Below are positions 12,381 through 25,978 of a stretch of DNA of 64,000 nt, piece after piece (position 1 is the stretch's first letter; the number at the start of each line of letters is the position of its first letter). Origin of the DNA: Octopus vulgaris (Eukaryota). Both the position numbers and the translations under genes were made by a program. Under the pieces are notes generated by a model. It worked only from the letters and a program-made list of their open reading frames with translations, searched no databases and was not told the origin of the DNA. Where the stretch lies: positions 44,640,001 to 44,704,000 of the forward strand of contig OX597827.1 of the NCBI GenBank assembly GCA_951406725.2, given 5' to 3'.

Positions 12381-13334
12381 GACTACATGTATTTAACACA
12401 TGTATATATATGGAAGTGTGTGTATATACAGACACACACACACACACATGTACTGTGAGGCAATTTGGCCAACTGTCTTCAATCTCAAATCAACCAGCGT
12501 CTTCTGAGAAGATCAAGTAAGCAGAAATTATATTGAACTTCATCATGCGTATAGATATGTACATTTGTAGAAGGTGATGTATATAATGTGTCTATATACA
12601 TACATGTGTATATGTTTATCAGCATAAAGTAGTGTGTTGAGTTTCGTGTTTTTATTTCGTAAGTGGAGCATGCTTGTTTGGTATATAGGGATCAATGAAA
12701 TAAGTATCAGACTAGAGAATGTATTTGAATTGATATAATCAACAAAAAACTCTTGAAGGCAACATTCCATCATGGCCATAGTCAAAAGCATGAGACCAGG
12801 AAAAAGAAAAGATAAAGGTATAAGATACCATGCATTCTGTACTGTGTTTGCATTCATGCTAAACTCTAATTGTTGATAAATCCAAACTGGAAACAAAACA
12901 ACAAAATCCTTTCTCCCTTTGTATTACCTTTGTGGTGGTGGTGGTGGCGTAGGTGGTAGCTGCAGTGGACTCTAAAGTAGGCCAAATCTAGGAGTAGCCC
13001 AGAGGGTGTTGTATATTTGTGAGTGAAGATGTCTTTCTTTTGGATGCTGTCAAGGATGTTTGTATGTAACACACATAGAAGTTTGCTGTCTTATACTTTA
13101 TTATTAGAAGCTTGCTTATTGACACTTATACCCCAAGCGGTTATTTCTCCCCCCCCCCCCCGTCGCCTCCAATAGATAAGAGAACTTGAATTTTGTGTTT
13201 ATATTCTTTGGTGAAGTCCTCAAACTCTGTCTGCATATTATCATCATCATGTCTAAATAATAAATCTTATTATGCTGTTGGCATGATAGAAAACAAAAAG
13301 CAGCATATTTCCTCTACCACCACATATATATATA

Positions 13335-13379
<45 letters not shown>

Positions 13380-13777
13380 CTTCACAAAAATCTGTTGAAG
13401 AACACTAGAAAAATTAGGTTTCAGACACAAATATTAACTGTTAATAAGGTAGTTGGAAGCTGGCAAAGGCTACAAAAGCTTAGCAGCAGCAACAACAATG
13501 GGGAGGGAGAAGTAATTGTTCATCATGGAAGAAGGGAGTAGGCAGGAAGTCTTTATTGTGTGATACACAAAAGGTAAATGTAGTGAGATTTCATGCAGGC
13601 TGACAGTAGGTAGGATTAGGGCTTTATGTCCATGAATAGACTAAAAAACTTCACACCATGAATTTGCCTTGCTTTAGCTTGGTGAACATAGCAGATACTG
13701 TTTCCATTACCTGAATAACTTTTCAGGGCTGGGAGTGGGGTTCAGTGGGATTTTTTTAAGGTAAAAGAAATTTAGAA

Positions 13778-13838
<61 letters not shown>

Positions 13839-14629
13839 CTTTCTCTTGCTCCTCTTCTACTCTCTTTCAGATAAAAAAAAGAAGACTAAATGGTGTATTT
13901 ATAAGAATTATATAGTAGAACATGAACATTGGATGGCAGAGAAATGGATCTAGTGGTAGTCTGTTGGATGTGCAAATGTTACTGTAGCAGTGAGATTGAG
14001 CAGGAGCGAATTGAGAAGCTGTGTTCATGGGTTAAAATGATATTGGCCACATACATATATACACACACACACTCTATGCATTTGAGAATTGTGTGTCCTG
14101 TGCCTGGATAACAGCACCATAATTATCAAGTCTTTATCCACAAGTATTACTTTGTATTTTTATTTATTTATTTTTTACTTACTCAAAGTAGGAAGGTCAA
14201 TGCTTATGACCTTTGCCTCTTTTTCCCCTGGGTCTCTGAGACTGTATCAGGGTAAAAATGAAGATGAAACTGACTCAGCTCAACACTGCTAACCATTACC
14301 TCCCTTCCTGTAAGTAACCCCTCTGTAAGGCAATGAAGATAGGGGCTACTAGCAAACAGAACATCCACAGGAGGGCAAGATGTTAATCCTGGAGTCCAGA
14401 GGACCCCTGTTGTGTCTTGTAGTTCTCTCCCTACATTCTTATCTATCAACCAATTAAAGCTGCTATCATAACTGTCACTAGTGAAATTTGGCTATATTTG
14501 TTTAACCCCGGGTTAGTTATGATCCAGTAGATCTATGATTGAAAATGTTCCAACCATAACCATCCTGTCTGTCTTTCAGACATTGTGTATCCATGGCATT
14601 GAATGTATTTTTATTTTCATTTTTTTTTC

Positions 14630-14851
14630 TTATCTTTTACTTGCTTCAGTCATTAGACTACGGCCATGGTAGGACACTGCCTTAAATATTTAGTGGAATG
14701 AATTGAACCCAGTACTTATTTTTTAAGCCTGGTACTTATTCTATCAGTCTCCTTTGCTGAACCACTAAGTTACATGGGATGCAAACACACCAATGCCGGC
14801 TATCAAATGGTGGTGGAGGACAAACACAGATGCAAAGACACAGATACATAG

Positions 14852-14897
<46 letters not shown>

Positions 14898-15328
14898 TTC
14901 TATACGACAGGCTTCTTTCAGTTTCCTTCTATCAAATCCACTCACAAGGCTTTGGTCAGCACAAGGCTATAATCACATATTTGTGTACTTGTTTAAGTCA
15001 TTAAACTGTGGCCATGCTGGGGCACCGCCTTGAAGAATTTTTAGTTGAATGAAGCCTGTTATTTATTCTATCAGTCTCTTTTGCTGAACCACTAAGTTAT
15101 GGGGGATGTAAACACAACATCACTGGTTGTCAAGCGGTGGTGGAGAACAATCTCACACACACACACATACACAATGGAGTTCTTTCAGTTTCTGTTTACC
15201 AAATCCACTCATAAGGCTTTGATCAGTCCAAGGCTATAGAAGAAGACACTTACCCATGGTGCCACACAGTGGGACTGAACCCAGGACCATGTGGTTATGA
15301 AGCAAACTTTTTATCAAACAGCCCCACC
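14630..15328 (-). mobile_element. Two tandem family 1 SINE copies
   Basis: Copies at about 14630-14970 (5'-truncated) and 14985-15328. Confidence 0.8.
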
Positions 15329-16023
15329 TTTGAAATCTCAATGCTGAAAGACAATGCATGCTTAATTCAAAACCATGCAAATAAATAGCTTTACATCTGA
15401 CAGTCGGCTTATTTGAATGCCAAGGGGTTAAGAAATTCGATGCTGGTTGGCCACTATTTCTAGCAAGTTGACTTACGACATAGAGTCTCCATTGTGAGCT
15501 AAAATTTCTCTGTTTAAATTTAAATTTCTTTTATTTGCATTTGAATACCTGACACTGATTAATCAAGGAATAAATATAAAACAAAGAGTAAAACGGAATG
15601 GAATTCCACTTTTGGTTTTTAACCAATCACACTTCCTCTTTCGACTTTCTTGCATATACCCTACTTTCTTTCTTCAACTTATCTCCACTCATATTGTAAT
15701 CTATTCTACATTGACCAGCCACTCCAGATAAAAAAAAAAAAAAAAATCCTCTCTTCCTTTCTTTTATAATTCTCTCATTCTTCACACATTTTCAATTAAG
15801 TACCAATGTTTGTTTATTTATTTGGCTAGATAAAACTTGGGGAAGCTAGATATTCAAATTTTTTTGCTAAGAAAGTATTTGGTTTCATGACTTAACTCAC
15901 TGCTTTAGAATTCAAATTACCTACCTACCAGGGAGTAACTTCACTTTTCTATGAACCAAGAAAGAAACTGCTCTGTAGTCACTGCCACCTACTAGAAATA
16001 GCTGTCAAATAATGACATTAAGC

Positions 16024-16112
16024 CAGTAGTTCTCAACCAGGAGTCCACTTGACTCTTGGGGGTCCTTATAAGATTTTGTTGCTAAGGTTTATTTGCAATA
16101 AATTGGTTATAC
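16024..16112. mobile_element. Truncated end of a hAT MITE (same family as 24638-25267)
   Basis: CAGTAGTTCTCAACCAGGAGTCCA.. matches the reverse complement of 25180-25267. Confidence 0.6.
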
Positions 16113-16649
16113 TCTTTTTTTTGTTTCAGTCATTTGAGAGTGGCCATGCTGGGGCACCGGCTTAAAGGGTTTTAGCTAAACAAATCGAACCCAGGACTTT
16201 TGTTCTTTCTAAGCCAGGTGCTTATTCTATCAGCCTCTCTTTGCCAAACTGCTAAGTTACAGGGACATAAAACACATCACCACTGGTTGTCAAGCAGTGG
16301 TGGGGGACAAACACAAACATAAAGACACACACACACACATAGATATATACATATATATAAGACTGATACACACACACACACACATACATACATACACACA
16401 TGGGGATTTTCATAGAAAAAACAGCACCTTTTTGATGTAAATAATTTTTGGTGTTAACATGGTCTGATTTGAATTTTATCTTCTACGAAATGAAGAGCAA
16501 GCCTTCTTCTATCATACCCTCAATTTTCGTCAACTTGTGCCGCAGGGTCTCAGAGGAGACAGTGTTAGTTGAAGGCTACCAAGCCTGCCACACACAGACA
16601 ACTATATATATATATACACACACATACATACATATATATATGTATGTAT

Positions 16650-17030
16650 TGTCATCATTTTAATGTTTGCTTTTCCATGCTTGCATCGGTCAGATGGAAT
16701 TTGTTGTAGCCAATTTTCTATGGCTGGGTGCACTTCCTGTCACCATCTCTCAACTGTTTCCAGGAAAATCGATATTGTTTTCACAGAAGAATGGAAATGA
16801 AAGATGCTATTTGCATGATGATTGTATTGATTTACAACTATCACATGCCAAGGCACTAACAAGCACATGCACACACATGTACATATATAGATGTTCTACA
16901 GGTTTCTTTCAGTTTCTGTTTATCAAATTCATTCACCAAGTCTTTGGTCAGCTGTGGTAGAAGACATTTGCCCCAGGTGCCTCACACTAAGATTGCACTA
17001 AAACCATGTAATTGAGAAGTAAACTTCTTA
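16650..17030 (-). mobile_element. Family 1 SINE with RTE-derived tail B
   Basis: CORE head plus a tail ending CATGCAAGCATGGAAAAG..AATGATGA; the same variant is at 22790-23190(+), 30080-30410(-), 37840-38240(-), 44530-44780(-) and 47855-48270(+). Confidence 0.7.
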
Positions 17031-17303
17031 GAAAGGGCATCCAGCCATAGAAAACCATGCCAAATCAGACTGGTGCCTGGTGCAGCCTTCCAGCATGCCT
17101 GCCTTGTCAAACAATCTAACCCATGTCAGCATGGACAAAGGATGTTAAATGATTATATATATATAAATTAGAAAAAACCCCACCTTTTATCAATTCAAAA
17201 TGAAAAATTAAATTACACCATCTATATATATATATATATATATAAAACAATTATGAAATAGAAGTAACACTAGTGTAATAGGCATTATCGACCACATATA
17301 CTT

Positions 17304-17760
17304 AATTGGTGTGTCTGATGCAGTGTCCAGCCACCCTCATCTTTCTATGCTGTATCTTCAATGTTACTTTTGGTAGTCGCTGGTGTAAGTCACTGTTTGT
17401 TGTACGGCTCTTCCAGGAGATATTGAGTATCATTCTAAGCATCCTCGTATAACAACCATCCAACTGCTTCTTCAATGCTTTAGTGAGCATCCATGTTTCA
17501 GCCCCGTATAGAAGAACAGACTCCACTGTTGCCAGAAACAACCACACTTTCAATTTCCTTGCTAACTTTGAACTCCATACCTTTCTCAACAGAAGGAAGA
17601 ACCAAGAGACGAAGGAGGAAGGCGACCTGTATTGACATCTTGCTGGAGGATATTGGTGTGAAAGGGGTACAGGAGCTGAGGACCATTATGGAAGATCGAG
17701 ATGAATGGGGAAAACATGTGGAAATAGTCTTGGGGTGTCCTATGGGACAACCTAGATGAG
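17304..17760. mobile_element. RTE LINE insertion with inverted 5' part (pseudogenic ORF C-terminus)
   Basis: The minus ORF 17302-17589 (VESVLLYGAETW..LDGCYTRMLRMILNISWK..GHCIRH) joins the plus-strand C-terminus (TEGRTKR..IDILLEDIG..ELRTIMEDRDEW); TSD ATATACTT at 17296-17303 and 17761-17768. Confidence 0.85.
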
Positions 17761-18642
17761 ATATACTTTGTATATATGCTTTGTGTATTTGCTGGTAGGC
17801 TACGATTTGGCACAGTGGTGAATACTCTCTCAAAGTGCCAGGTGGTAAAACAACTGAATGTCATGGTCAGGTGAGATAACTCATCCCAAATTCCATCCAG
17901 AAGTGATGTATATTGGTATTTCACCATTTTTGTGGCTTACAAACATCACATGCCTGATGAATCATATCACCAGCATATATACTGACATGATCCATTAAAA
18001 ATGGGGCACAAGGTTCATTCCCCTCTGAAATTAAAGCAATCTCAGACAAAGAAGGTTGAAAAACACTGCTCTACATGGTTGCTGGACCTGACTTGATTGA
18101 AATAGTAGCAAAATCTCTCTCAAATCATGTCTTTATGATCATAAAAATGGAAGGAGAACATGTAATTCATAGATACATCATGTCTCAAAAGAAAGACAAG
18201 ATGGTCACAGCTGGAATGTGTTTGATCTGAGATCTGTTCAGTGAAGGCCAACTTGGAGTTAAACAACAAACATCCTTGTGTGTTTGCAAAAGCCATTAAC
18301 AAAATTCCACTCTGTTCTCATGCAGTCAGTATTGTTCACACATTTCTGGTTTGAATCCCCTATATTTCTAAGTTACGGATGAATGATTCAATGTAGGGCA
18401 TCTTTTCTTTTTGCACTGGTTGTTGTGGTGGAAGGAATTAAACCATTAAGATAAGGGTATAGGTGGCGAAGGTAGCAATGGGGATGAAGATGGTAGTGGT
18501 AGATGGGTGGTGATGATGATGGTGGTACTTTATCTCCATTGCTAGGTACCTTTAATTTTAAAACTATTCATTCACCCTTTTGATACCAACTCACCTACTT
18601 CCTATTTTAAAGTGATCCAGATTAAAAACTTCCATCAAAACT

Positions 18643-18858
18643 GGATCCTGTTAAATTTCTTTCAACCACTTGAAGTACTTCAAATTTTCATCTAATTATT
18701 TTCAAAGACATATAGTTTAGCACGCTGATGAGGAAAATTGCGTTCATTTCTTTCTAGACATTAATAATGAAAAAGTTACATTAGTGAAGAAAATTTGAAA
18801 AAGAAATTAGTGAAAATCAGAAATACTTCAAGTGGTTGAAAGAGACTTAACAAGATCC
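18643..18858. mobile_element. Merlin-type MITE nested in piggyBac-type MITE B
   Basis: About 39-bp TIRs GGATCCTGTTAAATTTCTTTCAACCACTTGAAGTA; perfect 8-bp TSD TCAAAACT (18635-18642, 18859-18866). Confidence 0.8.
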
Positions 18859-19139
18859 TCAAAACTTAATGTTGATTTATGTTTCAAACACTAGCTTAAT
18901 AACAACAAAGATATTTTTGATGCAGCTAATACCCCACCACAACCACCATCCAGCTTGAACAACAGAAGGATAAAGAACGAAAAGGTATTTGCAAATAGGA
19001 AACTGAGAGAGGGTCTGGACTAAAACACTTGCAACAGAGTGAATTCTTCAAACAGTAGCATCTAAGTGAGTGTTAACATGTAAAATAAAGGAATGAGTGC
19101 CAAAAATACAATCAGTCATTTCCTCACAACATAAATATA

Positions 19140-19530
19140 TCAGGAGTGACTATGTGGTAAGTAGCTTGCTTACCAACCACGTGGTTCCGGGTTCAGTCCC
19201 ACTTCGTGACACCTTGGGCAAGGGTTTTCTACTATAACCTCAAGCAGATCAAAGCCTTGTGAGTGGATTTGGTAGACAGAAACTGAAAGAAGCCCATCAT
19301 ATATGTTTATATATGTATGTGTTTGTGTGTCTGTGTTTGTCTCCACTAACATCACTTGACAACCAATGCTGGTGTGTTTAAATCTCCGTAACGTAGCAGT
19401 TCTGCAAAAGAGACCAATAGAATAAGTACTAGGCTTATAAAGAATAAGTCCTGGGGTTGATTTGTTCGACTAAAGGCAGTATTCCAGTATGGCCGTAGTC
19501 AAATGACTGAAACAATAAAAGAATAAAAGA
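19140..19530 (+). mobile_element. Full-length family 1 SINE (tail A)
   Basis: CAGGAGTGACTATGTGGTAAG..GGTTCCGGGTTCAGTCCC..CACCTTGGGCAAG.., ending in AAAAGAAT repeats. Confidence 0.9.
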
Positions 19531-19572
19531 ATACTATTTTGATTAATCATTTTGGTAAGTATGAGGAGAGAA

Positions 19573-19612
19573 CCATGGACATGTTTTCGTCTTATTAAAC
19601 ATCATCAGCAAT
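19573..19612 (-). ncRNA. Degenerate minimal type I hammerhead ribozyme motif
   Basis: Minus strand CUGAUGA-U-GUUU(AAUA)AGAC-GAAA-ACAUGUC: intact core, 4-bp stem II, palindromic ACAUGU stem III, GUC triplet; stem I is poor and there is one extra A. Confidence 0.5.
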
Positions 19613-20689
19613 TCATCAGATTTCCCTGTACTTCTGAAATGGTGGTGTAATACTGTAAAGGAGCAAGCATGAAAAATTAGTATATTTGATTTTACATTCA
19701 GATTACTCTGTCAAATGTAATGCTTATTTATTTAATTGTTATAAATTAATAATGCATTAGCTCATAACTTGATGATGTAATTATTAATTTTCAGTATGAT
19801 ATTGTAAGGTATGTATGAAAGGCAGAACTTGGTCAATTTAAACACGAAACCGGTAGAATATTTGGGCCAGATATGGCCAGCTTAAATGTTATTAATCAAA
19901 GGAAGTAAACTGAAAAAATTTCAAAAGGAACTGGTGGTAGGTGATTAGCATTTAAAATAAACACACCCAAGGTTACTAAAATTTATAATTTCATAAGAGT
20001 AAAGAACATAGTTATTCCAACTAGGAGGGTCTCCTTAACACGTACATGGCATTGATTTCATAGACACTGCAGGGAAGATAGATTAAATTTGTCTAATTTA
20101 GGAGCTGGATTCAGAGTGCAAAATGTTCTTACAAAATAAAATATATTAAAAGTATTTCGTCTGGCTCTGTACCATCTCTAACTTGCTTCTTCATTTCTGA
20201 TAAATAATTAGTGCAATAATATCATTATGATGATGATGATAAACAACAAATAATGAGATTCAGAAGCAATTCTTAACGATAATAATGATGATGATGATGA
20301 TAATGATATATGATGAATTGCTAGCAATAAATGTATATATATATAATATATATATATGTGTGTGTGTGTGCTTATGAAATTATATGCACACATACACATT
20401 GTATGTGAAATATGTATGTGTCGTATACTGTTTAGAATATGAAGAATGGAATATTTAAAAGAAATATAATAAAATTGCTATTGTTTGTATAGGTGGAAGA
20501 TAGTATTCAGTTTTGTATCCTCAAGTAAAAATCTTAGAATTTTCTCATAATTGTGGGTGTGTGTGTGAGAGAGAGAGATGACTTTCTCTTCTAAAATTTA
20601 AAATACTCTATGATTTACTGCATAATCTTATATAAATTTTGCTTTTGTTTATATTTTCTTTTCTTTGCTTTTTTAAAGTCATGTGCTTG

Positions 20690-20700
20690 AAAACTGTGTC

Positions 20701-20740
<40 letters not shown>

Positions 20741-20974
20741 TCTCTGCATGTGTATATATATACATATGAGTATGAATGAGTATATGTGTGTATATCATTG
20801 TGTATATATATATGTGTATATATATATATATGTATGTATATATATATATGAGTCTCTACGTGTGTATATATATGCATATGAGTATGAATGAGTTTATGTG
20901 TGTATATATATATGAGTCTCTACGTGTGTATATATATGTATATGAGTATGAATGAGTTTATGTGTGTATGTATG

Positions 20975-21020
<46 letters not shown>
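20690..21020. repeat. Microsatellite-derived minisatellite, ~3 units
   Basis: The unit GAGTCTCT(A/G)C(G/A)TGTG(TA)n..ATATGAGTATGAATGAGT recurs at about 20738, 20850 and 20914. Confidence 0.85.
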
Positions 21021-21024
<4 letters not shown>

Positions 21025-21822
21025 GTCTGTGTATTATACATTTATACCATGTTATATTCATATGAAATGTGTCCTATTATATTTGTCAATAGAAACGAAA
21101 TAAAATACCATTCAAAACTATTATTTCCTCTTAAGAATCTGTAGAGATTGCTTCATATTGCTACTGGTTACAAGCACAAGAATATTATTATCATTATTGT
21201 TATGATTATTATTATTATTTGTTTACTTCTTTCTTTCTAGCTTATACATTTACATTGTTTTCACTGTTTTTAGGCTTCAGTGTATGTGTGCACACACATG
21301 CGCGTATACACACATACACATATATTGTGTTGTGGTGTGTGTGAGTGTGTATATCATGCATAAATTTTTTGTGTGTGGTATTGTATGTGTATATATGTGC
21401 GTGTGTGTATCTATCTCCCCCCCCCCCTCTCTCTCTCTATATATATATATATGCACATACATCCATGTACGGAAATGTATATATATATATAAAACTACAT
21501 ATATATTCGTCTGTATGTATCTATGCATATATATACACACACATTCACACATGTACACACATATATATGTACGTACATGTAAATATATATATATATATTT
21601 ACAGATGTACTTATACACACACGTACACTTATATATGCATCAACAAATTTTGTCTACCCTGTACAAGCATAGAAAAGTGAATGTTAAAAATGATGATTGT
21701 GTGTGTGTGTGGATAGATGGATAGATAGATATTTATTCCTTTGAGGTTTTGGTTTATTTCAGATTTCTCTTTATTGACCTAAATTTTTTTTGTTTCTTGG
21801 GTTTTTTTTTTCTTTTTTTCAG

Positions 21823-21878
21823 TGAATAATCTTCCTGTGATAGTGCTAGGTGGCTTTATATATGTAAGATATCTGTAA
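21823..21878 (+). other. Candidate small exon (internal, or terminal) of an unidentified host gene
   Basis: A long pyrimidine tract ends CAG at 21820-21822; the only open frame is NNLPVIVLGGFIY, then donor GTAAGA at 21864 or read-through VRYL*. Confidence 0.35.
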
Positions 21879-23974
21879 AAAAAAAAGCATATACAAAAAA
21901 AAAAATAATAATCCTTCAGAAAAGCAGACTGAAATTCCATAGATAATTGTGCTGAATTTGAAAGAGAATTTCCATCTTACGGAGATGGATATCACATTTT
22001 CTTTTCTTTTCTTTCTTTTTTTTTTTTCCTTTTCAAACACCAACAACTAGTTCATACAAGCCATATCTCAAATGCATAAATACACACACACACAAACACA
22101 CACACACACACACACTTAGATAATACATAGTAGTGGTTTAAGACCGAATTCTGTAAGTCTTACCCAGTAAATCTAGTGTTGTTGTTGATGTTTTTTTTTT
22201 TTTCTGAGATTAAAGCAGTAATGACCGTAGAGACTAGAAATTTTAGAAATTTTATATTATACCTGCTTTGGATAAAGATAAAAAAAAAAATAATAAAAAG
22301 GAAGAAAATATAAAATAGAAATAACGTTTTGCTTGCTTACTATTCGGTAAAACAAATATGTCAAATAAAATATTTCTATTGCTGAAGAATTTTTAGTGAA
22401 AGTTTTCGTGATTTATTTATGTGTTACATAATACCCCTAAAGTGTGTGTCTAAATACCATGTTTTTTTGTTTTGCTTTGATTTTTTTTTTTTTTTCATTT
22501 TTAAATAAAGAGAGGTAGGAGTAAGAATTTAGAAGGATTCTTGGCATTTAACCTCGTAGCTTTTTCATGAATGTTTTCACACTGTATTTCAATTCCGTAA
22601 ACTTCTTTTGAAGGAAGACCAGAGTTTAAAAACCTATTTAATTATTTTATTAACATATTTTTAATATGGTTTTTGCTCTTGTTTTTTTTTTTTCCTTTTG
22701 GCTGGTGGGTCAGAGGCATTTTCTTAAAAAGAACTTATTTGGAAAATAATCTAGACTTTGGAAGGAGCTAGTAAAAACAATAGCTTTTGACATAGCTGTG
22801 TGGTTAGTCTTGTGATCTTGGGTTAAGTCCAAATGCATGGCATCGTGGGCAAGTGTTTTCTTGCCATAGCCTTGACTTATTAAAGCTTGTAAGTGGATTT
22901 GGCAGTTAGAGTCTGGAAGAAACCCATTTTGTGTATGTGTGTGTGTGTGTGTGTGTGTATTATGTGGCAGTTGTATATAGCTATCTTTGTCATAGAAGCA
23001 ATGTTGTTCATTTCCAACCTTCCATAAAAAAAAAGCAACATGTCTGGCTATGGAAAATATTATCTTGCTTGTAAATAGGTGATGGTTGGTGACAGGAAGA
23101 GTATCCAGTCATAAAATAATCTGCCTCAACAAACTCTATCTGACCCATACAAGCATGGAAAAGTGAACATTGAACAATGATGTCGATGTCTTTATTTTAA
23201 CTTATCACAAGATCCTTACATGACATCAAGAATTTGTTTTTTACTTCAAATATGGGCATTAAAATTGGCTGGATGCCCTTCCTAACATCAACCACTGCAC
23301 AAAGGTCAGTTTTTTTGTCTTTGTTTTTTTAACCATGCCAAAACTGATCTCACCTGTGCTGGTGCCACGTAAAAAGCACTCAGCCCACTCTGCAGGGTGG
23401 TTGGTGTTAAGAATGGCATCCAGCCATAAAAACTGTCAAAACAGACACACAAGTATGATGCAGTTTTCTGCCTGGCCAGCTCCAGTCAAACCATCCAACC
23501 CATGCTAGCATGGAAAGAGGCTGTTAAACAGTGAGGATGATGAATCAGAGATTGCCTCAGTAGATTGGCATTAAAAACGGCTGAGGGAATGTTTTAATAC
23601 TTGACCATTTTAAGACCTTATTTATAATATTTAGTGAGAATCCACAAAATAACTTTGTCATTAATAAGTTTTGACATTTAGAAGATAAAACCTTAAAAGT
23701 CTCTTACTTAAATTTACAGGGGAAAGTTTTTAATATTATCATCATCATTATTTCATGTCGGTTTTCAATGCTGGCATGGGTTGGGCAGTTTGACAGAAGT
23801 TGGCAAAGCCAAGAGCTGTACCAGGTTTCATTGTCTGTTTTAGCATTCTATCCACAGCTGGATGTCCTTCCAAACATCAACCACTTTACTGGGTGCTTTT
23901 TTGCTTTCTGCCTGAGACTGCCCTTGGTTCTGGGATACAAACTTGTTGTTTCTTCTTCTTGATGTCTAATATTT

Positions 23975-24285
23975 TGAATTCGGGTTTGTCCCCATAAATG
24001 GGGGTGGTTGGATCTACCTCACTCTTACAGCAACTGCTTTCACATCATCCCGCCAGGTTTTGGGCATCTTCCCTCCTCAAGCCAACCCTTCCAATCTTTT
24101 CTCCACCTGTCCCCTCCATGTTTTCTTTGGTTAACCTTGCTTTCGTGGTTCATTCGCTCTAAACTCAAGCACTCTCCTCAGAACATGGTCCTCATCCCTC
24201 CTCAACACATGTCCATACCACCACACTCTATTCACCCTTGCCAGCTGTTCCACCTATTCATCCAACCCCAGCATCCCCATCAATT
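23975..24285 (-). mobile_element. RTE LINE 3' fragment (paralog of 43872-44215)
   Basis: The minus strand encodes WYGHVLRRDEDHVLRRVLEF..KKTWRGQVE. Confidence 0.85.
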
Positions 24286-24637
24286 TAGTGATCTAAATTA
24301 AACCCTCCATCAAAAATTTCATGTTAAATTATGTTCTAAACACCAGCTTAATAATGACCAAGTTATTTTGCTAAATTTTCCGTTATTTCCAAAATTAATT
24401 AAAAATAAAAGGTTGTGTTATTTTTCAACAGAAATACAATAATAGAAACAATTAACCTTTGTCATTTATTTCACAAACTTAGTTTCCACAGAATATCTTA
24501 GGATGAGAGCTTATGTAGAAATGGCCTTACTAGGATTTGAAACTTGAAACATTTAAGCTTCATACCATAATCATGGGAATATTTTATTTTCACATTGTGC
24601 TGTCACTTTCTCTCATTCTTCTGTTGACCATTTAGTT

Positions 24638-25267
24638 CAGTGGTTCTCAATCATTTTTTTATCTGTGGACCCTCTTTGATTCCTATTTTACTTGGATGGA
24701 CCCCTATAGCCATTTGATTCCTTTATTCTTTTATTCTTTTCAGTCATTTGACTGCAGCCATGCTGGAGCACTGCATTTAGTCGAACAAATTGACCCCAGG
24801 CCTTATTCTTTGTAAGCCGAGTACTTATTCTATCAGTCTCTTTTGCTGAAGCACTAAGTTACGGGGACGTAAACACACCAACCATGGTGGGACACACACA
24901 CACACAAACATACACACACATACATATATATATATGCATAACAGGCTTCTTTCAGTTTCTACCAACCAGAACCACTCACAAGGCATTGGTCAGCCTGAGG
25001 CTATGGTAGAAGACACTTGCCCAAGGTTCCATGCAGTGGGACTGAACCCAGAACCATCTGGTTGGGAAGCAAGCTTCTTGCCACAAAGCCACACCTGCAC
25101 CTATGATGTTTAAAAAACCCTATTTTATTTTTCTAATTAAGTAAAACAAATTGTTAGAATAATTTATGTCTTGTAGATGTATAAGTAACTTATTGCACAT
25201 AAATTTTTAACGATAAAATCTCACATGGATCCCGAAGGGCCATATGGACCCCAGTTGAGAACCACTG
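24638..25267. mobile_element. hAT MITE containing a family 1 SINE (24720-25103, -)
   Basis: TIR CAGTGGTTCTCAA / TTGAGAACCACTG; imperfect 8-bp TSD ATTTAGTT / AATTAGTG. Confidence 0.8.
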
Positions 25268-25978
25268 AATTAGTGCTAAGTTATCACATCATTTAGAACA
25301 CAGGAATGGATCATGCATTTTTTTTTTCTTCATTAATTTTTCTTTTTTTTAAAATTTTTTTTCTTTTTCAAAATCCTGTTATGACATTAAGATACTAAAC
25401 CCATTATACTTTCTTCAGAACTCGTGGCTGTCTTCAACGTCTTTCTCATTAATTAAACATAGATATACTTTTTTTTTTCTTTTAGCCAATGGTCAGATAC
25501 ATTGAGAATTTTATTCTTTTCTCCCTTTTAATCACAAAGTTTACCATTAACCTAATTTCTCTGTATGATGTTTTTAGCGCACTTGTAATGTAGAACCTTT
25601 CAAAAGGTTCATGCAAATTTAATAAGACTGGTTCCTATCTAAAGAGAAGTTGCAAATTTTCATAAATGCATTCCATCTTATCTTTACCATTTTCAATAAA
25701 AAAAAAAATGTTATATGTCATTTAAATAGGTATCTATCTTAATCTCTTTAAATACTTGTTCTTTGAAGCTATTCATTACACATCAATCGGCTCATCTTTG
25801 TGAAGAGATGAAAAGGAATATGTTTCCTTCCACTTTTTCTTTTTTTTTCTTTTGTGTGGGGAAAATGTTAGTGGGTTCAGTTATGGCTCTGTTGTTAAGA
25901 AGTTTGCTTTTGCAACCATGTGGTTTTAAGTTTGGTTCCGTTACACAGCACTTTGGGAAAGTATCTTCTATGGTAGCT

